64,000 nucleotides of DNA. Source: an uncultured Clostridia bacterium (lineage in GTDB: Bacteria > Bacillota > Clostridia > UBA1381). Positions 53,353 through 63,961 of the stretch are shown piece by piece; position 1 is the stretch's first letter, and each line of letters begins with the position of its first letter. The notes beneath the pieces are model-generated. The model was given only the letters and a program-made list of their open reading frames with translations. It ran no database searches and had not been told where the DNA came from. The DNA lies in NCBI GenBank assembly GCA_947624485.1, contig CANQKM010000007.1, positions 64,760 through 128,759 on the forward strand, in the 5' to 3' direction. Both the position numbers and the translations under genes were made by a program.

Positions 53353-54225
53353 TCAATGTATAGTCAAAATTAACCTCAGCATGATGCTCAAAAACAAAAA
53401 GTAACCAAGCAGCATGGACAGCAGCGTCTTTGACGGCGGCACGGAGTACCATTCCGTTTTGAGCGCGACATACGTGAGCGCAGCCGTAATTGCCGCGCCG
53501 CAGAGTATGAGCGCGGCAAGCGTCAGCGGTGACAGAAGGCTTAAAAGCACGCCCAAAAGCGATATCGCCGTGAACGGTATCCACGCGGTTACGAGTCTTA
53601 CGCAGGACTGCCAATACGGTTCACGGACGCGTACGACAAATCTGCCTATAAGGTAGAATATGCCGGTGTAGAGGAAAAACATTATCACTCCCGCGACCGC
53701 TCCCGACAAAAGCGTCAGCCCTATCCGCGCGATAAGCGGGTAACCGCCGCCGAATCCCATCATCGCAGCCGCGAGCCTGAACGGCCCGACGCCGCCGCCG
53801 CTCAGCACGAAATACACGCCGAGCCACAGAAACGCTCCCATGGCAGCCGCGATTATCAGCATCGCCGCTATACCGAGGTTCGGCGGATTTGTCACAGCCT
53901 CCACGGGTGAAAGCACCGCCGACCAAATATCGCGCCATGTTCCGCCGCGCGGTCTCGCGCCTCTTGCGGCGCGCTTCGCCTTGTAACGGTTACGCGCCCT
54001 CTCAAACGGACTGTCCTTTCCGGCATAACCCGTTTTGTACGACGTGCCTTGATTTTTCGTATACTGCGTATTTTGTGCGTTTTGATTACTGTTCGTTTCG
54101 CTTTTGCCCGTTTCGGACGCGCCCTGCGCATTGCCGCCGCGCCGCATAACGCTCTGCGGACACGTGCATTTTTCGCCCTTCGCAAGCTCTCTGCCGCAAT
54201 ACATACACGTTCTCAACCGTAACAC
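53353..54225 (-). CDS. Membrane protein with N-terminal zinc ribbon and Yip1-like polytopic domain
   Basis: CMYCGRELAKGEKCTC, a disordered basic linker, then five TM helices. Confidence 0.45.
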   Translation of the reverse strand: MLRLRTCMYCGRELAKGEKCTCPQSVMRRGGNAQGASETGKSETNSNQNAQNTQYTKNQGTSYKTGYAGKDSPFERARNRYKAKRAARGARPRGGTWRDIWSAVLSPVEAVTNPPNLGIAAMLIIAAAMGAFLWLGVYFVLSGGGVGPFRLAAAMMGFGGGYPLIARIGLTLLSGAVAGVIMFFLYTGIFYLIGRFVVRVREPYWQSCVRLVTAWIPFTAISLLGVLLSLLSPLTLAALILCGAAITAALTYVALKTEWYSVPPSKTLLSMLLGYFLFLSIMLRLILTIH

Positions 54226-54298
54226 CTCTCAATTATTATAATACAGAATTATATCCCCCGCCGCGCGGCGCGTCAACGTATAAATTGTAAACAATATG

Positions 54299-55945
54299 TT
54301 AATTCGCGCCGTAAAGTCTGCTCTCGAAATCCGCTATATCGCCCGGCTCCTCGTTTCTCACACGATGATAAAGCTTCACCGTTACGCCGTTTATTACCGT
54401 TTCGCACTCCGGCACCTCCTCGTACGCCGTCGCAATGTCGGCGTACACCTCGAAGCTGCGCACGGCTTCCTCCACCACCGTCTGGCTTCCGGGCGCAAGA
54501 TGCGTCTGCGCCGGGTACGCGGCAAGCACGTAATTCACGGTGTAAAGCGCGCTTAAATCCCTGTCGCGCGAGTCTACCTGCGGCAGCGACACGATATAAT
54601 TTTTACGCGTCTCTTCTATGCCGAGCGACGCTTCGACATTTTTTAATATATCCTCGTTCAGTGTGAACGACGACGCGAGTACGCCGAGCTTGTCTCCGTC
54701 GGGTACTGTTTGATCGAGCTTTTGCTTAAGCGCGAGTATCTCGTCCGTATCGGTGCGCCGTTCGGGTATCATCGAAAAGGTCGGTATGACCGCGAGACCT
54801 TTTATCTCCTGTATATTATGCGGCTGGGTACGGGGTATATACACAAATACCGAGTGCAGCAGCGCGAGCGCGCCCAGTCCCACGAGCATCCACTCCTTCG
54901 TTATATGCCGTATCACTATGAGCGTAATCATTATGAGCGACGGTATATACAGAAGAAGATGCTGCTGTCCGTGCGTCTGCGTCGAAATGAACATCACAAG
55001 GCACACAACCGCCTGCAGCCACATAAAGACCGTTCTCGTCTCTTTTTTCTTAACATAAGCCGCCGCGGAGCTTACGGCAAGAACAATCAAAAGAAGCAGT
55101 CCGAAATATCTCATTATCAGCTTAAAATCGGTCATCGCGGGGAATTTGTAGCCGGCGTACAGGCTGCCGTAGTCAGCCATCAGCTTATATATCACAAAAT
55201 CCGTAAAGCACAGTCCGAGTATCGAGGCGAACGTCAGTAACGTTATAACGGGCGCGTACCATTTGCGTCTGAAAAGCGCACTGTCGGCTACCATAGCCAC
55301 AATAAACGACACCGCGAAAAACGCAAAATACCGCCGCCACAGCACAGCAAGCACAAGCAGCGCGCCTATGAGAACGTACCTTAAAGGGTTATCCTTCGCG
55401 CCGTTTTTTGGGTAATACGCGTAATACGCGATAAGGCATATCAAAAGCGCGCCGACGTCCACAAAGCCGATAAATGTCAAAAACGCCGTGCATGGGAAAA
55501 GCAGCGCCGTTATAACAAGCGCAATTTTAGGCGCTTTGCTTACCTTTTTCGCGAGCAGGTAAATCATAACGTACGACGGCAGAAGGTACATATTTACAAG
55601 TCCCAAGACGTACGCGAGCCTTGACTCGCCGAACAGCTTCATCACCGCCGCCGACGGCAGCGCGGCTATATAGTTGTAGTCCTCCGCCGCGACGGACTTG
55701 TACACGTTGCTCCAAAAGCCGCCCTTATCCGCCGCGCCCGACGCGATACGGCGCGATATGCTCCAGTAGGTCGCGTCGTCCCAGAAAAAAATCGCCTTTC
55801 CGCCGTTTACGTAAAGCACGGCAAGCAAATTAAGCACAGCCGCCGCGATTATAAAAAACAGCGCCGTCTTGTGCCAGTCCTTTATCACAAACTTCTTTTT
55901 ATCATCCAAATCGTAACGATCGCTCAGTACCGCTCTGAATTTCAA
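54299..55945 (-). CDS. Polytopic membrane protein, GT-C fold glycosyltransferase-like, distant paralogue of 42112-43704
   Basis: 548 aa with more than 10 TM helices and a soluble C-terminal domain of ~170 aa. Confidence 0.45.
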   Translation of the reverse strand: MKFRAVLSDRYDLDDKKKFVIKDWHKTALFFIIAAAVLNLLAVLYVNGGKAIFFWDDATYWSISRRIASGAADKGGFWSNVYKSVAAEDYNYIAALPSAAVMKLFGESRLAYVLGLVNMYLLPSYVMIYLLAKKVSKAPKIALVITALLFPCTAFLTFIGFVDVGALLICLIAYYAYYPKNGAKDNPLRYVLIGALLVLAVLWRRYFAFFAVSFIVAMVADSALFRRKWYAPVITLLTFASILGLCFTDFVIYKLMADYGSLYAGYKFPAMTDFKLIMRYFGLLLLIVLAVSSAAAYVKKKETRTVFMWLQAVVCLVMFISTQTHGQQHLLLYIPSLIMITLIVIRHITKEWMLVGLGALALLHSVFVYIPRTQPHNIQEIKGLAVIPTFSMIPERRTDTDEILALKQKLDQTVPDGDKLGVLASSFTLNEDILKNVEASLGIEETRKNYIVSLPQVDSRDRDLSALYTVNYVLAAYPAQTHLAPGSQTVVEEAVRSFEVYADIATAYEEVPECETVINGVTVKLYHRVRNEEPGDIADFESRLYGAN

Positions 55946-55960
55946 ACCTGTAAACCTCCG

Positions 55961-58900
55961 TTATTCAAACAGTGAAAGTATCTCCCTGTCGGTCAGCGAG
56001 GCGAACGTTTCGGTGTTCACCCTCACTATATCGTCCGCGAGATTGCGCTTGCTTTCCTGAAGCTGAATTATTTTTTCCTCGATCGTACCCTTCGCCGCGA
56101 GGCGCATTATCTGCACCGCCTTCGTCTGACCTATGCGGTACGCACGGTCGGACGCCTGATCCATTACCGCCGGGTTCCACCACGGATCGTAATGGATAAC
56201 CGTGTCCGCGCCGGTGAGATTAAGTCCCACGCCGCCCGCCTTGAGCGAAATAAGGAACACGTCGCGCTCGCCGCCGTTAAACCGCCGCGAAAGCTCGCTT
56301 CTCTCCTTCGACGGCGTGTGACCGTCGAGGTAGAAATACTCGCACTCCTCCTCGTCGAGCTTCGCGCTTATTATCGACAGCATCGACGTGAACTGCGAAA
56401 ACACAAGCACGCGGTGACCGGCGCTGCGCGCGTTTGAGACAAGCTCCAAAAGCAGGTCGAGCTTCGCGCTGTCCTTTTTGTAATTCTCGTCGAACAGCAC
56501 GGGGTGGCAGCATATCTGTCTCAGTCTCATAATCAGCGACAAAATCTTCATTCTGCCACTGCCGCCCTCCTCGAGATACTCCTTCGTCTGCTGACGCGCG
56601 ACGGCGAGGTAAGCGGAGTACACGTCCTTCTGCTCGGGAGTAAGCTCCGCGTAAATCGTGTTTTCAATCTTGTCGGGAAGCTCCGTCAAAACGTCGCGCT
56701 TCATTCGACGCAGCATAAACGGCTTTATCCTCGCGCGGAACGTGTTCGCCGTCATTTTATCGCCGTCCTTTACGAGCGGCATTTCATACTTTGTACGGAA
56801 CTCGTGCGCGCTGTAAAGGTAGCCGGGCATTATAAAGTCGAATATCGACCATAATTCCATGAGAGAATTTTCAATCGGCGTGCCGGTAAGCGCGAATTTG
56901 TGGCGCGCGTTTATCTTTTTCACGCTGTGCGCGCTCATCGTGCGCGGATTTTTTATGTGCTGCGCCTCGTCTATGAAACAGTAGGAAAATTCCTTTTCGC
57001 TGTAAAGCGCGATGTCGCGCCTTAAAAGCGGGTACGACGTTATTATAAACTCGTACTTGTCCATGTCCTCCATGCGTTTTTCGCGTTCCTCCCTCGCGCC
57101 GTCAATTATAAGCGATTCCGCGTCGGGGATAAACTTGTTTATCTCGTTCTGCCAGTTGTAGAGAAGCGCGCTCGGCGCGACTATAAGACACGGCTTGTCG
57201 GGCTTTATGCCGTGAATGTACGCGATTACCTGCAAGGTTTTACCAAGTCCCATATCGTCGGCAAGTATGCCGCCGAAACCGAGGTACGCAAGCTGCGTGA
57301 GCCATTCCATGCCGTCACGCTGGTACCCTCTTATTACGCCCTCGAGATTTTCCGGCACAGCCGGTTTTATCTTTTTCATGTCCTCCATAAAGGCAACAAA
57401 GCTCTTGTTTTTCTTTACGCTGTCGAGCGAATTTAGGTAAAGCGCGTGGTACTTCGGTATCGTTTTTGTGCCGACGCGCAGATCCTCATACGTGAAATCG
57501 AGCTGATTGAGCAGGTTCAGCGTTCCGAGCTGCTTGCTGTGTTCAAGGTCTATAAAGCTGCCGTTCGACATGCGGTAAAAGCTCTTTTTCAGCTTTACCG
57601 CGTTTAATATTCCGCTTATCTGCTCGTACGACAGGTTGCTTTCAAATCCAGCCTCGAGCAGGTCGATATGCGACATGTAGCTTACCGACGCGCGTATAGG
57701 CACGTCGTCCGTAATCGTGAGGCTCTTAAACCTGTCGGAGAAAAACAGCCTCGCCATTTTTTCAAGACGCGGTATTTCGTCGGAAAGGAATATGTAAATA
57801 TCCCTGTCGGAGTCGAGCGACAGCGTGCCGTTATCGTTCGCGAACGACGCGAACGAGGACATAACGGCTTTCTCACTCTCAAAATCGCGCACGACAATTT
57901 TGCCGTCCGCCGGTGCGTCCGACGGCAGCTTCACCGATAAATTGCCGTACTTCGCGAGTACGACGGCTGTTATGCCGTTGTCAATCGTGTCAAAATATAT
58001 CTCGAAAAACGGCTTCTCGCTTATTACGAGGTCGTCTATTCCGCGCGCGATAACGCCGTGTCTTTCTTTCAGGTGCGGCAGCACGTGCGTGGCGAACAGT
58101 ATCGAGTTGTCGCCGCGGAAGCTCAGCTGTGTCCTTCCCTCGGACGCGAGCGCGCGGTATATCGGCATAAAGTAGCCGCGCCACTCCGCGTCGGTGCGGT
58201 ATATGGTATTCTCGTACAAAAACCACTCTCCGCCGCGCGTCAGCGCGAAGCCGCGCTCGCTTACCGACATGGTGATCTCACCGTCGCCGCCGTCTATATC
58301 TATTATAATATCGGGATTTTCGTCCGCTATACGCACCCTGCCGAGCGTCATACCGTCGAACACGACGCTGTAATCAACATGCTTCAAAAGCGGAAAAATA
58401 CGCTGCGCCGCCATTGAGCCGAACGACGCGCGGTAAGCCGCCTTCATATACATCTGCGCCGACGCGCTGCGGCTCTCGTACGTTTCCGCGAGTATTTTTA
58501 TAATCTCGTCCTGCGCGGGCGTGAACTCATGCTCGCGCGGATTGTATTTGTTGTAGCGGTCAAACTTAAATTCCTCGCCCTTTATATATTTTTCGAGAAA
58601 TTCCTCGACGCCGTGAACTTCAATTTCGTCCACTTCGAGCGACATACTGTAATCCGCGCCCGCTTTGCCCTTTCCGATATAGAATATAAATTTCGCGTGA
58701 AGCTGCTTCTTTTCCTCCGACGCGGAAATGTAGTCGCCGCAAAGCTGCATGGCGAGCTTGTCGTTCTCGTCGACAAAATCCGCGCCCTCTTCAAGCTCCG
58801 TCTGACGCTGCTTCAGAGCCGCGATTATATGCTTGCAGGCGGCGTTCATCGTTTCGTAATAGGGGCATGTACAGAAATACTCCGTAACGCCCCCGTCGCC

Positions 58901-59065
58901 GAGCTTTACGTTCACGCTGTAAAGCTCGTCGCCGTCCACGACGGCTGTTATTAAATTTTCCTCGCGCTTTCTCAGATGCACACGCCACTCCTTGAAATAT
59001 TCAAGACCTCTTTTATACATCGTGGGTGAGCAGATTTTTCTGATCATATTTTCGGTAATCTGCAT
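55961..59065 (-). CDS. SNF2-family helicase/translocase with N-terminal SWIM zinc finger
   Basis: The SWIM motif is CTCPYYETMNAACKH. The helicase motifs are LADDMGLGKTLQ (I) and DEAQHIKN (II), with a C-terminal helicase lobe QASDRAYRIGQ. Confidence 0.9.
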   Translation of the reverse strand: MQITENMIRKICSPTMYKRGLEYFKEWRVHLRKREENLITAVVDGDELYSVNVKLGDGGVTEYFCTCPYYETMNAACKHIIAALKQRQTELEEGADFVDENDKLAMQLCGDYISASEEKKQLHAKFIFYIGKGKAGADYSMSLEVDEIEVHGVEEFLEKYIKGEEFKFDRYNKYNPREHEFTPAQDEIIKILAETYESRSASAQMYMKAAYRASFGSMAAQRIFPLLKHVDYSVVFDGMTLGRVRIADENPDIIIDIDGGDGEITMSVSERGFALTRGGEWFLYENTIYRTDAEWRGYFMPIYRALASEGRTQLSFRGDNSILFATHVLPHLKERHGVIARGIDDLVISEKPFFEIYFDTIDNGITAVVLAKYGNLSVKLPSDAPADGKIVVRDFESEKAVMSSFASFANDNGTLSLDSDRDIYIFLSDEIPRLEKMARLFFSDRFKSLTITDDVPIRASVSYMSHIDLLEAGFESNLSYEQISGILNAVKLKKSFYRMSNGSFIDLEHSKQLGTLNLLNQLDFTYEDLRVGTKTIPKYHALYLNSLDSVKKNKSFVAFMEDMKKIKPAVPENLEGVIRGYQRDGMEWLTQLAYLGFGGILADDMGLGKTLQVIAYIHGIKPDKPCLIVAPSALLYNWQNEINKFIPDAESLIIDGAREEREKRMEDMDKYEFIITSYPLLRRDIALYSEKEFSYCFIDEAQHIKNPRTMSAHSVKKINARHKFALTGTPIENSLMELWSIFDFIMPGYLYSAHEFRTKYEMPLVKDGDKMTANTFRARIKPFMLRRMKRDVLTELPDKIENTIYAELTPEQKDVYSAYLAVARQQTKEYLEEGGSGRMKILSLIMRLRQICCHPVLFDENYKKDSAKLDLLLELVSNARSAGHRVLVFSQFTSMLSIISAKLDEEECEYFYLDGHTPSKERSELSRRFNGGERDVFLISLKAGGVGLNLTGADTVIHYDPWWNPAVMDQASDRAYRIGQTKAVQIMRLAAKGTIEEKIIQLQESKRNLADDIVRVNTETFASLTDREILSLFE

Positions 59066-59264
59066 ATTGCCGCCTTTCGTCTCTGATGTGTAAATCTTCG
59101 GTATCTTATAATTATATCATATTCCCGCTGTTTGCACAATAGTTTTTTTGATTTTACTGTGGATTTATTCGGAATAATGTGGTATTATATGAATATATTA
59201 CCGCTTATCGGCAAAACCGAGCGGCGAATATACGGCAATTTTACGGATTTACGAGGGTAATTTT

Positions 59265-59804
59265 ATGAAAAATACAAACGGCGAAAACCCGCAAACAAAG
59301 AAATACAAGGTGACGATCTACACCGACGGCTCAGCGTCGGGCAATCCCGGTCCGGGAGGGTACGGGACGATTTTGCATTACGTCATGCCCGACGGTCAGA
59401 AGCATGAGAAGGAGCTGTCGCAGGGCTATAAGCACACGACAAACAACAGAATGGAAATAATGGCTGCGATAGTCGGTCTGGAAGCGTTAAAGGCGGAATG
59501 TGACGTCGTGATTTATTCGGATTCGCAGTACCTCGTCAACGCCTTTAACAAGGGCTGGATAGACGACTGGGTGAAAAAGGATTGGAAAAGGAAGGCGAAG
59601 GATCCCGTTAAAAACGTGGATCTGTGGCAAAGGCTTTTAAAAGCGATGAACGGTCACAGCGTCCGGTTCCAATGGGTTAAGGGACACAACGGTCACCCCG
59701 AAAACGAGCGGTGCGACAAGCTGGCAACCGATGCCGCCGCGGGTGAAGCTTTGATTGACGACGTTCAACAGGGCGATGCGGCGGATACGGAGCAAACCGT
59801 TTAA
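59265..59804 (+). CDS. rnhA: Ribonuclease HI
   Basis: [31 protein letters not shown], and [17 protein letters not shown]. Confidence 0.9.
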   Translation: MKNTNGENPQTKKYKVTIYTDGSASGNPGPGGYGTILHYVMPDGQKHEKELSQGYKHTTNNRMEIMAAIVGLEALKAECDVVIYSDSQYLVNAFNKGWIDDWVKKDWKRKAKDPVKNVDLWQRLLKAMNGHSVRFQWVKGHNGHPENERCDKLATDAAAGEALIDDVQQGDAADTEQTV

Positions 59805-59815
59805 GGAGAAACGTT

Positions 59816-60640
59816 ATGGGAAAATTTGACGGAATACTTTTATGCGTCGATTTGGACGACACGCTTTTAACGTCCGACAAGCGTGTTTCGCGCGGAAATT
59901 ACGACGCGATAGAATACTTTAAGTCGGAGGGCGGACTGTTTACGTTCGCGACGGGGCGCATACCGATAGGCGCGAAGCCGATAATAAGGCAGATTATGCC
60001 GAACGCGCCGGCTGTGTGCTTTAACGGCGGCTCAATATACGACTTCGGGAAAAAGGAAACGCTTATGCTGCGCACACTTGACAAGGGCGCGCTCGACGCC
60101 GCGCGGTACATAGAAGAGACGCTTCCCGATGTCGGCATTGTGGTCTGCACTGCCGACAAGGTTTATTTCTGCAAGGTGAACGATATTGTTCTCGAGCATC
60201 AGCGGCTTGAGGAGCTTCCCGATAACTTTGCCGGTTATGAGGATATAGGCGAGGACCGGACAAAAATTCTGTTCATGACGGAGGAGGAAAATATGTCCGT
60301 GCTGCGCGAAACGGCAGACAGCGCGCCTTTTGCGGACGATTACACGTTTGTAAAGTCAAGTCCGTGGTATTACGAGCTTCTGCCGAAGGACACGGACAAG
60401 GGTACGGGACTTTTAAGGCTTGCGGAAATGCTCGGCATACCGATGAATCGCGTCATAGCCGTCGGCGACAACGAAAACGACCTCAGCCTGATCAAAGCAG
60501 CGGGCATCGGTATAGCTGTCGCGAACGCCGCCGACCGCGTTAAAGCCGCAGCTGATTACGTGACGCGCGAAAGCTGCGACGACGACGCGATCGCCGCTGT
60601 GATACGCATGATAGAAAACGGCACTCTCAATATTACGTAA
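59816..60640 (+). CDS. Cof-type HAD-IIB family hydrolase
   Basis: DLDDTLL motif I, ATGR motif II, and GDNENDL motif IV. Confidence 0.85.
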   Translation: MGKFDGILLCVDLDDTLLTSDKRVSRGNYDAIEYFKSEGGLFTFATGRIPIGAKPIIRQIMPNAPAVCFNGGSIYDFGKKETLMLRTLDKGALDAARYIEETLPDVGIVVCTADKVYFCKVNDIVLEHQRLEELPDNFAGYEDIGEDRTKILFMTEEENMSVLRETADSAPFADDYTFVKSSPWYYELLPKDTDKGTGLLRLAEMLGIPMNRVIAVGDNENDLSLIKAAGIGIAVANAADRVKAAADYVTRESCDDDAIAAVIRMIENGTLNIT

Positions 60641-60666
60641 AAAGCACGCCGCACGGCGTGCTTTTA
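60640..60666. terminator. Bidirectional intrinsic terminator
   Basis: AAAA-GCACGCC-GCAC-GGCGTGC-TTTT. Confidence 0.8.
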
Positions 60667-61317
60667 TTACTCCGAAATCAATCTCTTATACGCTCTGCCG
60701 GCGGATTTTATCACTATGCCGGGGTTACGGTAGCGCATTGCCTGAAGTATTTTTATAATATCCTTCGTGCCGAACTGCACTATCGGCATATAGCAGCAGT
60801 CGCCGTCGTGCGTCTCGACATAGAAAATATCCATCGACGAAATTGTGCGCTTGCGGTAAAAATCCCTGCTGTTTTCAAGCGCGCGTATATTTTTTGCGAA
60901 CGCGGTATCGCTGCTCGTATTGCGCTTTATGTAATTCTTTGTGCCGATAATAATCGTGCGTATCTCGTTTATCGGAATTTCGAGCGTCTTTGTTTTCGCC
61001 GGCACAAATTCGCTTAAAATCTTGATTTTGTAGCCGTAGTCATACGGAAGAAAATCGTTCGTCCAGTTTTTCATATAAAGGTTTACCGTGTCCGTCGATA
61101 TTGACGTGGTGAAAATGGTATTCACGCGTATGATTATGTACGTGGCGAGCAAAATCATCGCTATGATCCACGCAGCCATAAACAGGAATTTCCTCTGCGC
61201 GATACTCACCACAGCCATCACAAGCGAGAAAACCGTCAGCAGCGCGCATATCACTATAATGACTGCGTTTGTTCGCCTGTACCGCGGATTTGTATACGCC
61301 TTTAATTCGGTTGCCAT
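60667..61317 (-). CDS. Two-TM membrane protein of unknown function (visibly AT-richer than its neighbours)
   Basis: Start chosen at MATELKAYTN (AGGGGG SD). The longer ORF would overlap the upstream gene. It has two TM helices and then a ~140-aa soluble domain. Confidence 0.45.
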   Translation of the reverse strand: MATELKAYTNPRYRRTNAVIIVICALLTVFSLVMAVVSIAQRKFLFMAAWIIAMILLATYIIIRVNTIFTTSISTDTVNLYMKNWTNDFLPYDYGYKIKILSEFVPAKTKTLEIPINEIRTIIIGTKNYIKRNTSSDTAFAKNIRALENSRDFYRKRTISSMDIFYVETHDGDCCYMPIVQFGTKDIIKILQAMRYRNPGIVIKSAGRAYKRLISE

Positions 61318-61336
61318 ATTATGTACCCCCTGAAAT

Positions 61337-63805
61337 TTAATAAACGCGTCTTGCGCCCGCATATTCACTGCGGTAATAATCCGTGTCTATCGACTGGTAT
61401 TTCACAACATCCCCCGTATGCGGAGCATGGATCATCATGCCGTTTCCGGCATATATGCCCACGTGATGAATGTAACCGTTCTGTTCAAAGAATACAAGAT
61501 CGCCCGGTCGAAGCTCGTCGCGGTTCACGCTTACGCCGTTTTTAAACTGCTCTTCGGCTACGCGGTTCACGCTTATGCCGAGCGACTGCATTACGTACTG
61601 CACAAGTCCCGAGCAGTCAAAGCCTTCGGGCGTAGTGCCGCCCCAGACGTAAGGCGTGCCGAGGTATTTCGACGCCTCGCTCACAATCGCGCCGCCGATC
61701 GTTCCGTCGTACATGACGCTGTGCTGTGTGATCGTCGGATCTCCGGTGGTGAACTCAGGTTTTGTGCGGTACGCGTCAAGCCGCTTGTAACCGCTCGTCG
61801 CCTTTACCTGCTTGCGTATAATCTTTTTCTTCGTTACGGTTTCTCCGTCCTCCTCCACGTCCACAAGCTCCTCGTCGTAGAAATAGAGAAGTCCCATTTC
61901 CTCATCCTCGTAGATGTAGTAATATACCTCGTCCCTGTCAAGGATTATTTCACTTATAACCGGCTCGGGGATTTTAGCCGTAAACGTGACGCAGTCCTGC
62001 GCCTTTACAACGCCCGTGCCGCGTCTGAGAGCCGACACGTACAAAAAGTATTTGCCGCCCGCAAGTCCCTCTATGTGAGCCTCGTTTTCACCGCGCACAA
62101 CCGTGCTGTAAACAAGCTCGTCATTTTCGTTGTATATGTCAACTCCGAAATCGTGGTACATGTCGGACTGCCACGTTATATCGAGGCAGTCGTCGTCGAG
62201 TATGCCCTCGTTGTACGGCGCGATTATGTTTACGCCGTTGTCGTACGCGCTGCCGTAGCTTATGAGCGTTTCCTCCGCCGAAAGCGACTCGCCGTTCTCC
62301 GTCACGGAGCTTACAGTCAGCAGATAGTCGCTTCCCTCGGTAAAGAGGTCGTGCGGCAGAGTTATGCCCGTACCGTCCGTCACTATGTACTCGTTTACGG
62401 CGTATCGGTCGTTTTCAACGTCGAACGCCTCTACGTGGTACTTCTGCGCCGCCTGCATCGCAAGCTCTATCACAATATCGTCGCCGGCGTTGTAAGTGTC
62501 CTCGGTTTTCGGGGACACAAGCACGGGCGTTGTCACCTCGTCCACGCCGTTTATATCGTAATCCTCGTCGTCAATTTCGGCTTCCGTAATCTCCGGCGCG
62601 CTCACCTCGCGCGTCGCGTCCGAAATTATGCTTGCCGTCACGCCGCCCCCGTCCTCGTTTAAGGAGCTTATTCCGACCGGCGTTACGTAATCGGTATCCT
62701 GCGTTAAAATCCCGCTGTCGTCAGCCACAAGCTGTCGGTACACGGAAAACACGTCGTAACCCGTTTTCGTTACCGTTTCGTCATTCTCCGTGCCGATAGC
62801 GGTAAGCCACGCCTCGCTGCTCAGCGCGCTGTCCTCGGCATATATCATTCTGCCGTTTTTCGCGCGGTTCGCGTTGATCATGTCGAGCAGTAAAAGCGAC
62901 TTTGAACGCTTTACCGCCGCGCTTTCGTCCTCGCCGCGGTAGGCCGGATTGTAGAGAATGCTGTCAACCCTGCCGTCGGGCGTCGGATAAAATCTGAAGC
63001 ACCTGTCGTCCTCGTAATCGGCGGTATACACCATGTCGCAGCCCGACGTTACGCCGTTGTATTCAAAATCCGCGCCGTTGGAAAATACGGCGCATATTCT
63101 GTCCGCCTGTACGCCGACCATGAAGAAATTCGCATAGTCGGAGTTGTACACGTACCATTCAAAGCCGTACTCTGTCTTGTCTATACGGTTCGGCTCGCCG
63201 AAAACTTCGGTAACCGTGTTCACGTTCGCGCCGACCGTTATATCCGCGCCGCCGACCGTTACCGTAACGTCCTTCAAAAATCCGACGCGCACCCTTTCGA
63301 CAAGCGCCGCGCACTCGCTTTCGTCAAGCTCCGCCGACGGATCTGTATCGCCGCCGCAGGATATTACTCCCTGTTTTATCATAAACGCGTACGCTATTCT
63401 GTTTTCATCGTCTATGTACGCGTTGTTGTAGCATTCGTTAAGTATGCTGTCCGCCTCGTCGGAGGAAATCATATAGCTGTCGTCGGTGAGGACTATCGCC
63501 TTATACAGCACCGATATGAAGTCCTGCCGTCTTATGCCCGCACCCTGTGAAGCGTAATATGTATCGTCGAGGTTTATGTAACCGAGCAGAGCGGCTTTCA
63601 AAAGCTCCGTATCCTCCGTTTCCGCTATCGGTTCGGGCGGAATTTGAACCTCCGCGCCCGACAGCGTCTCATACAGCGAAACCGCGTCCGCAAGCGCGTC
63701 GCGCTCCGTTATCGGTGAGGCGTATGCCGATATGCCCAAAGAAAACGCCGCCGCAATAACTGCCGCCGCCAGCGCCGATTTTGTCGAAAATCTCAAGCAT
63801 ATCAC
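61337..63805 (-). CDS. Secreted multidomain cell-wall hydrolase with C-terminal NlpC/P60 domain
   Basis: Signal peptide present. The C-terminus reads GTPYVWGG..P.GFDCSGLVQYV...GDLVFF...HVGIY...MIHAP. The central region looks CAP/SCP-like (LLLLDMINANRAKNG). Confidence 0.8.
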   Translation of the reverse strand: MICLRFSTKSALAAAVIAAAFSLGISAYASPITERDALADAVSLYETLSGAEVQIPPEPIAETEDTELLKAALLGYINLDDTYYASQGAGIRRQDFISVLYKAIVLTDDSYMISSDEADSILNECYNNAYIDDENRIAYAFMIKQGVISCGGDTDPSAELDESECAALVERVRVGFLKDVTVTVGGADITVGANVNTVTEVFGEPNRIDKTEYGFEWYVYNSDYANFFMVGVQADRICAVFSNGADFEYNGVTSGCDMVYTADYEDDRCFRFYPTPDGRVDSILYNPAYRGEDESAAVKRSKSLLLLDMINANRAKNGRMIYAEDSALSSEAWLTAIGTENDETVTKTGYDVFSVYRQLVADDSGILTQDTDYVTPVGISSLNEDGGGVTASIISDATREVSAPEITEAEIDDEDYDINGVDEVTTPVLVSPKTEDTYNAGDDIVIELAMQAAQKYHVEAFDVENDRYAVNEYIVTDGTGITLPHDLFTEGSDYLLTVSSVTENGESLSAEETLISYGSAYDNGVNIIAPYNEGILDDDCLDITWQSDMYHDFGVDIYNENDELVYSTVVRGENEAHIEGLAGGKYFLYVSALRRGTGVVKAQDCVTFTAKIPEPVISEIILDRDEVYYYIYEDEEMGLLYFYDEELVDVEEDGETVTKKKIIRKQVKATSGYKRLDAYRTKPEFTTGDPTITQHSVMYDGTIGGAIVSEASKYLGTPYVWGGTTPEGFDCSGLVQYVMQSLGISVNRVAEEQFKNGVSVNRDELRPGDLVFFEQNGYIHHVGIYAGNGMMIHAPHTGDVVKYQSIDTDYYRSEYAGARRVY

Positions 63806-63961
63806 CTCTTTTACAAACTAATACAGAGTATATTATATCAAAAAATTATTGAATTGTCTACCTCTTAAATGTTAATTTTTTGTGACATGGCTTATTTAAG
63901 CCGTTTTCGCGCAAAATCGAACGTAAAAATACGGCGGTGATTTCTCACCGCCGCACAATAT

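Noticed and set aside
55961-59065. SNF2-SWIM helicase as the core of a phage-defence system (DISARM/BREX/Zorya-like)
   Set aside because: No methyltransferase, nuclease, PLD or other partner genes are adjacent. The neighbours are a membrane glycosyltransferase-like protein and rnhA. The architecture matches the widespread stand-alone SNF2/SWIM (YwqA/RapA-like) proteins.
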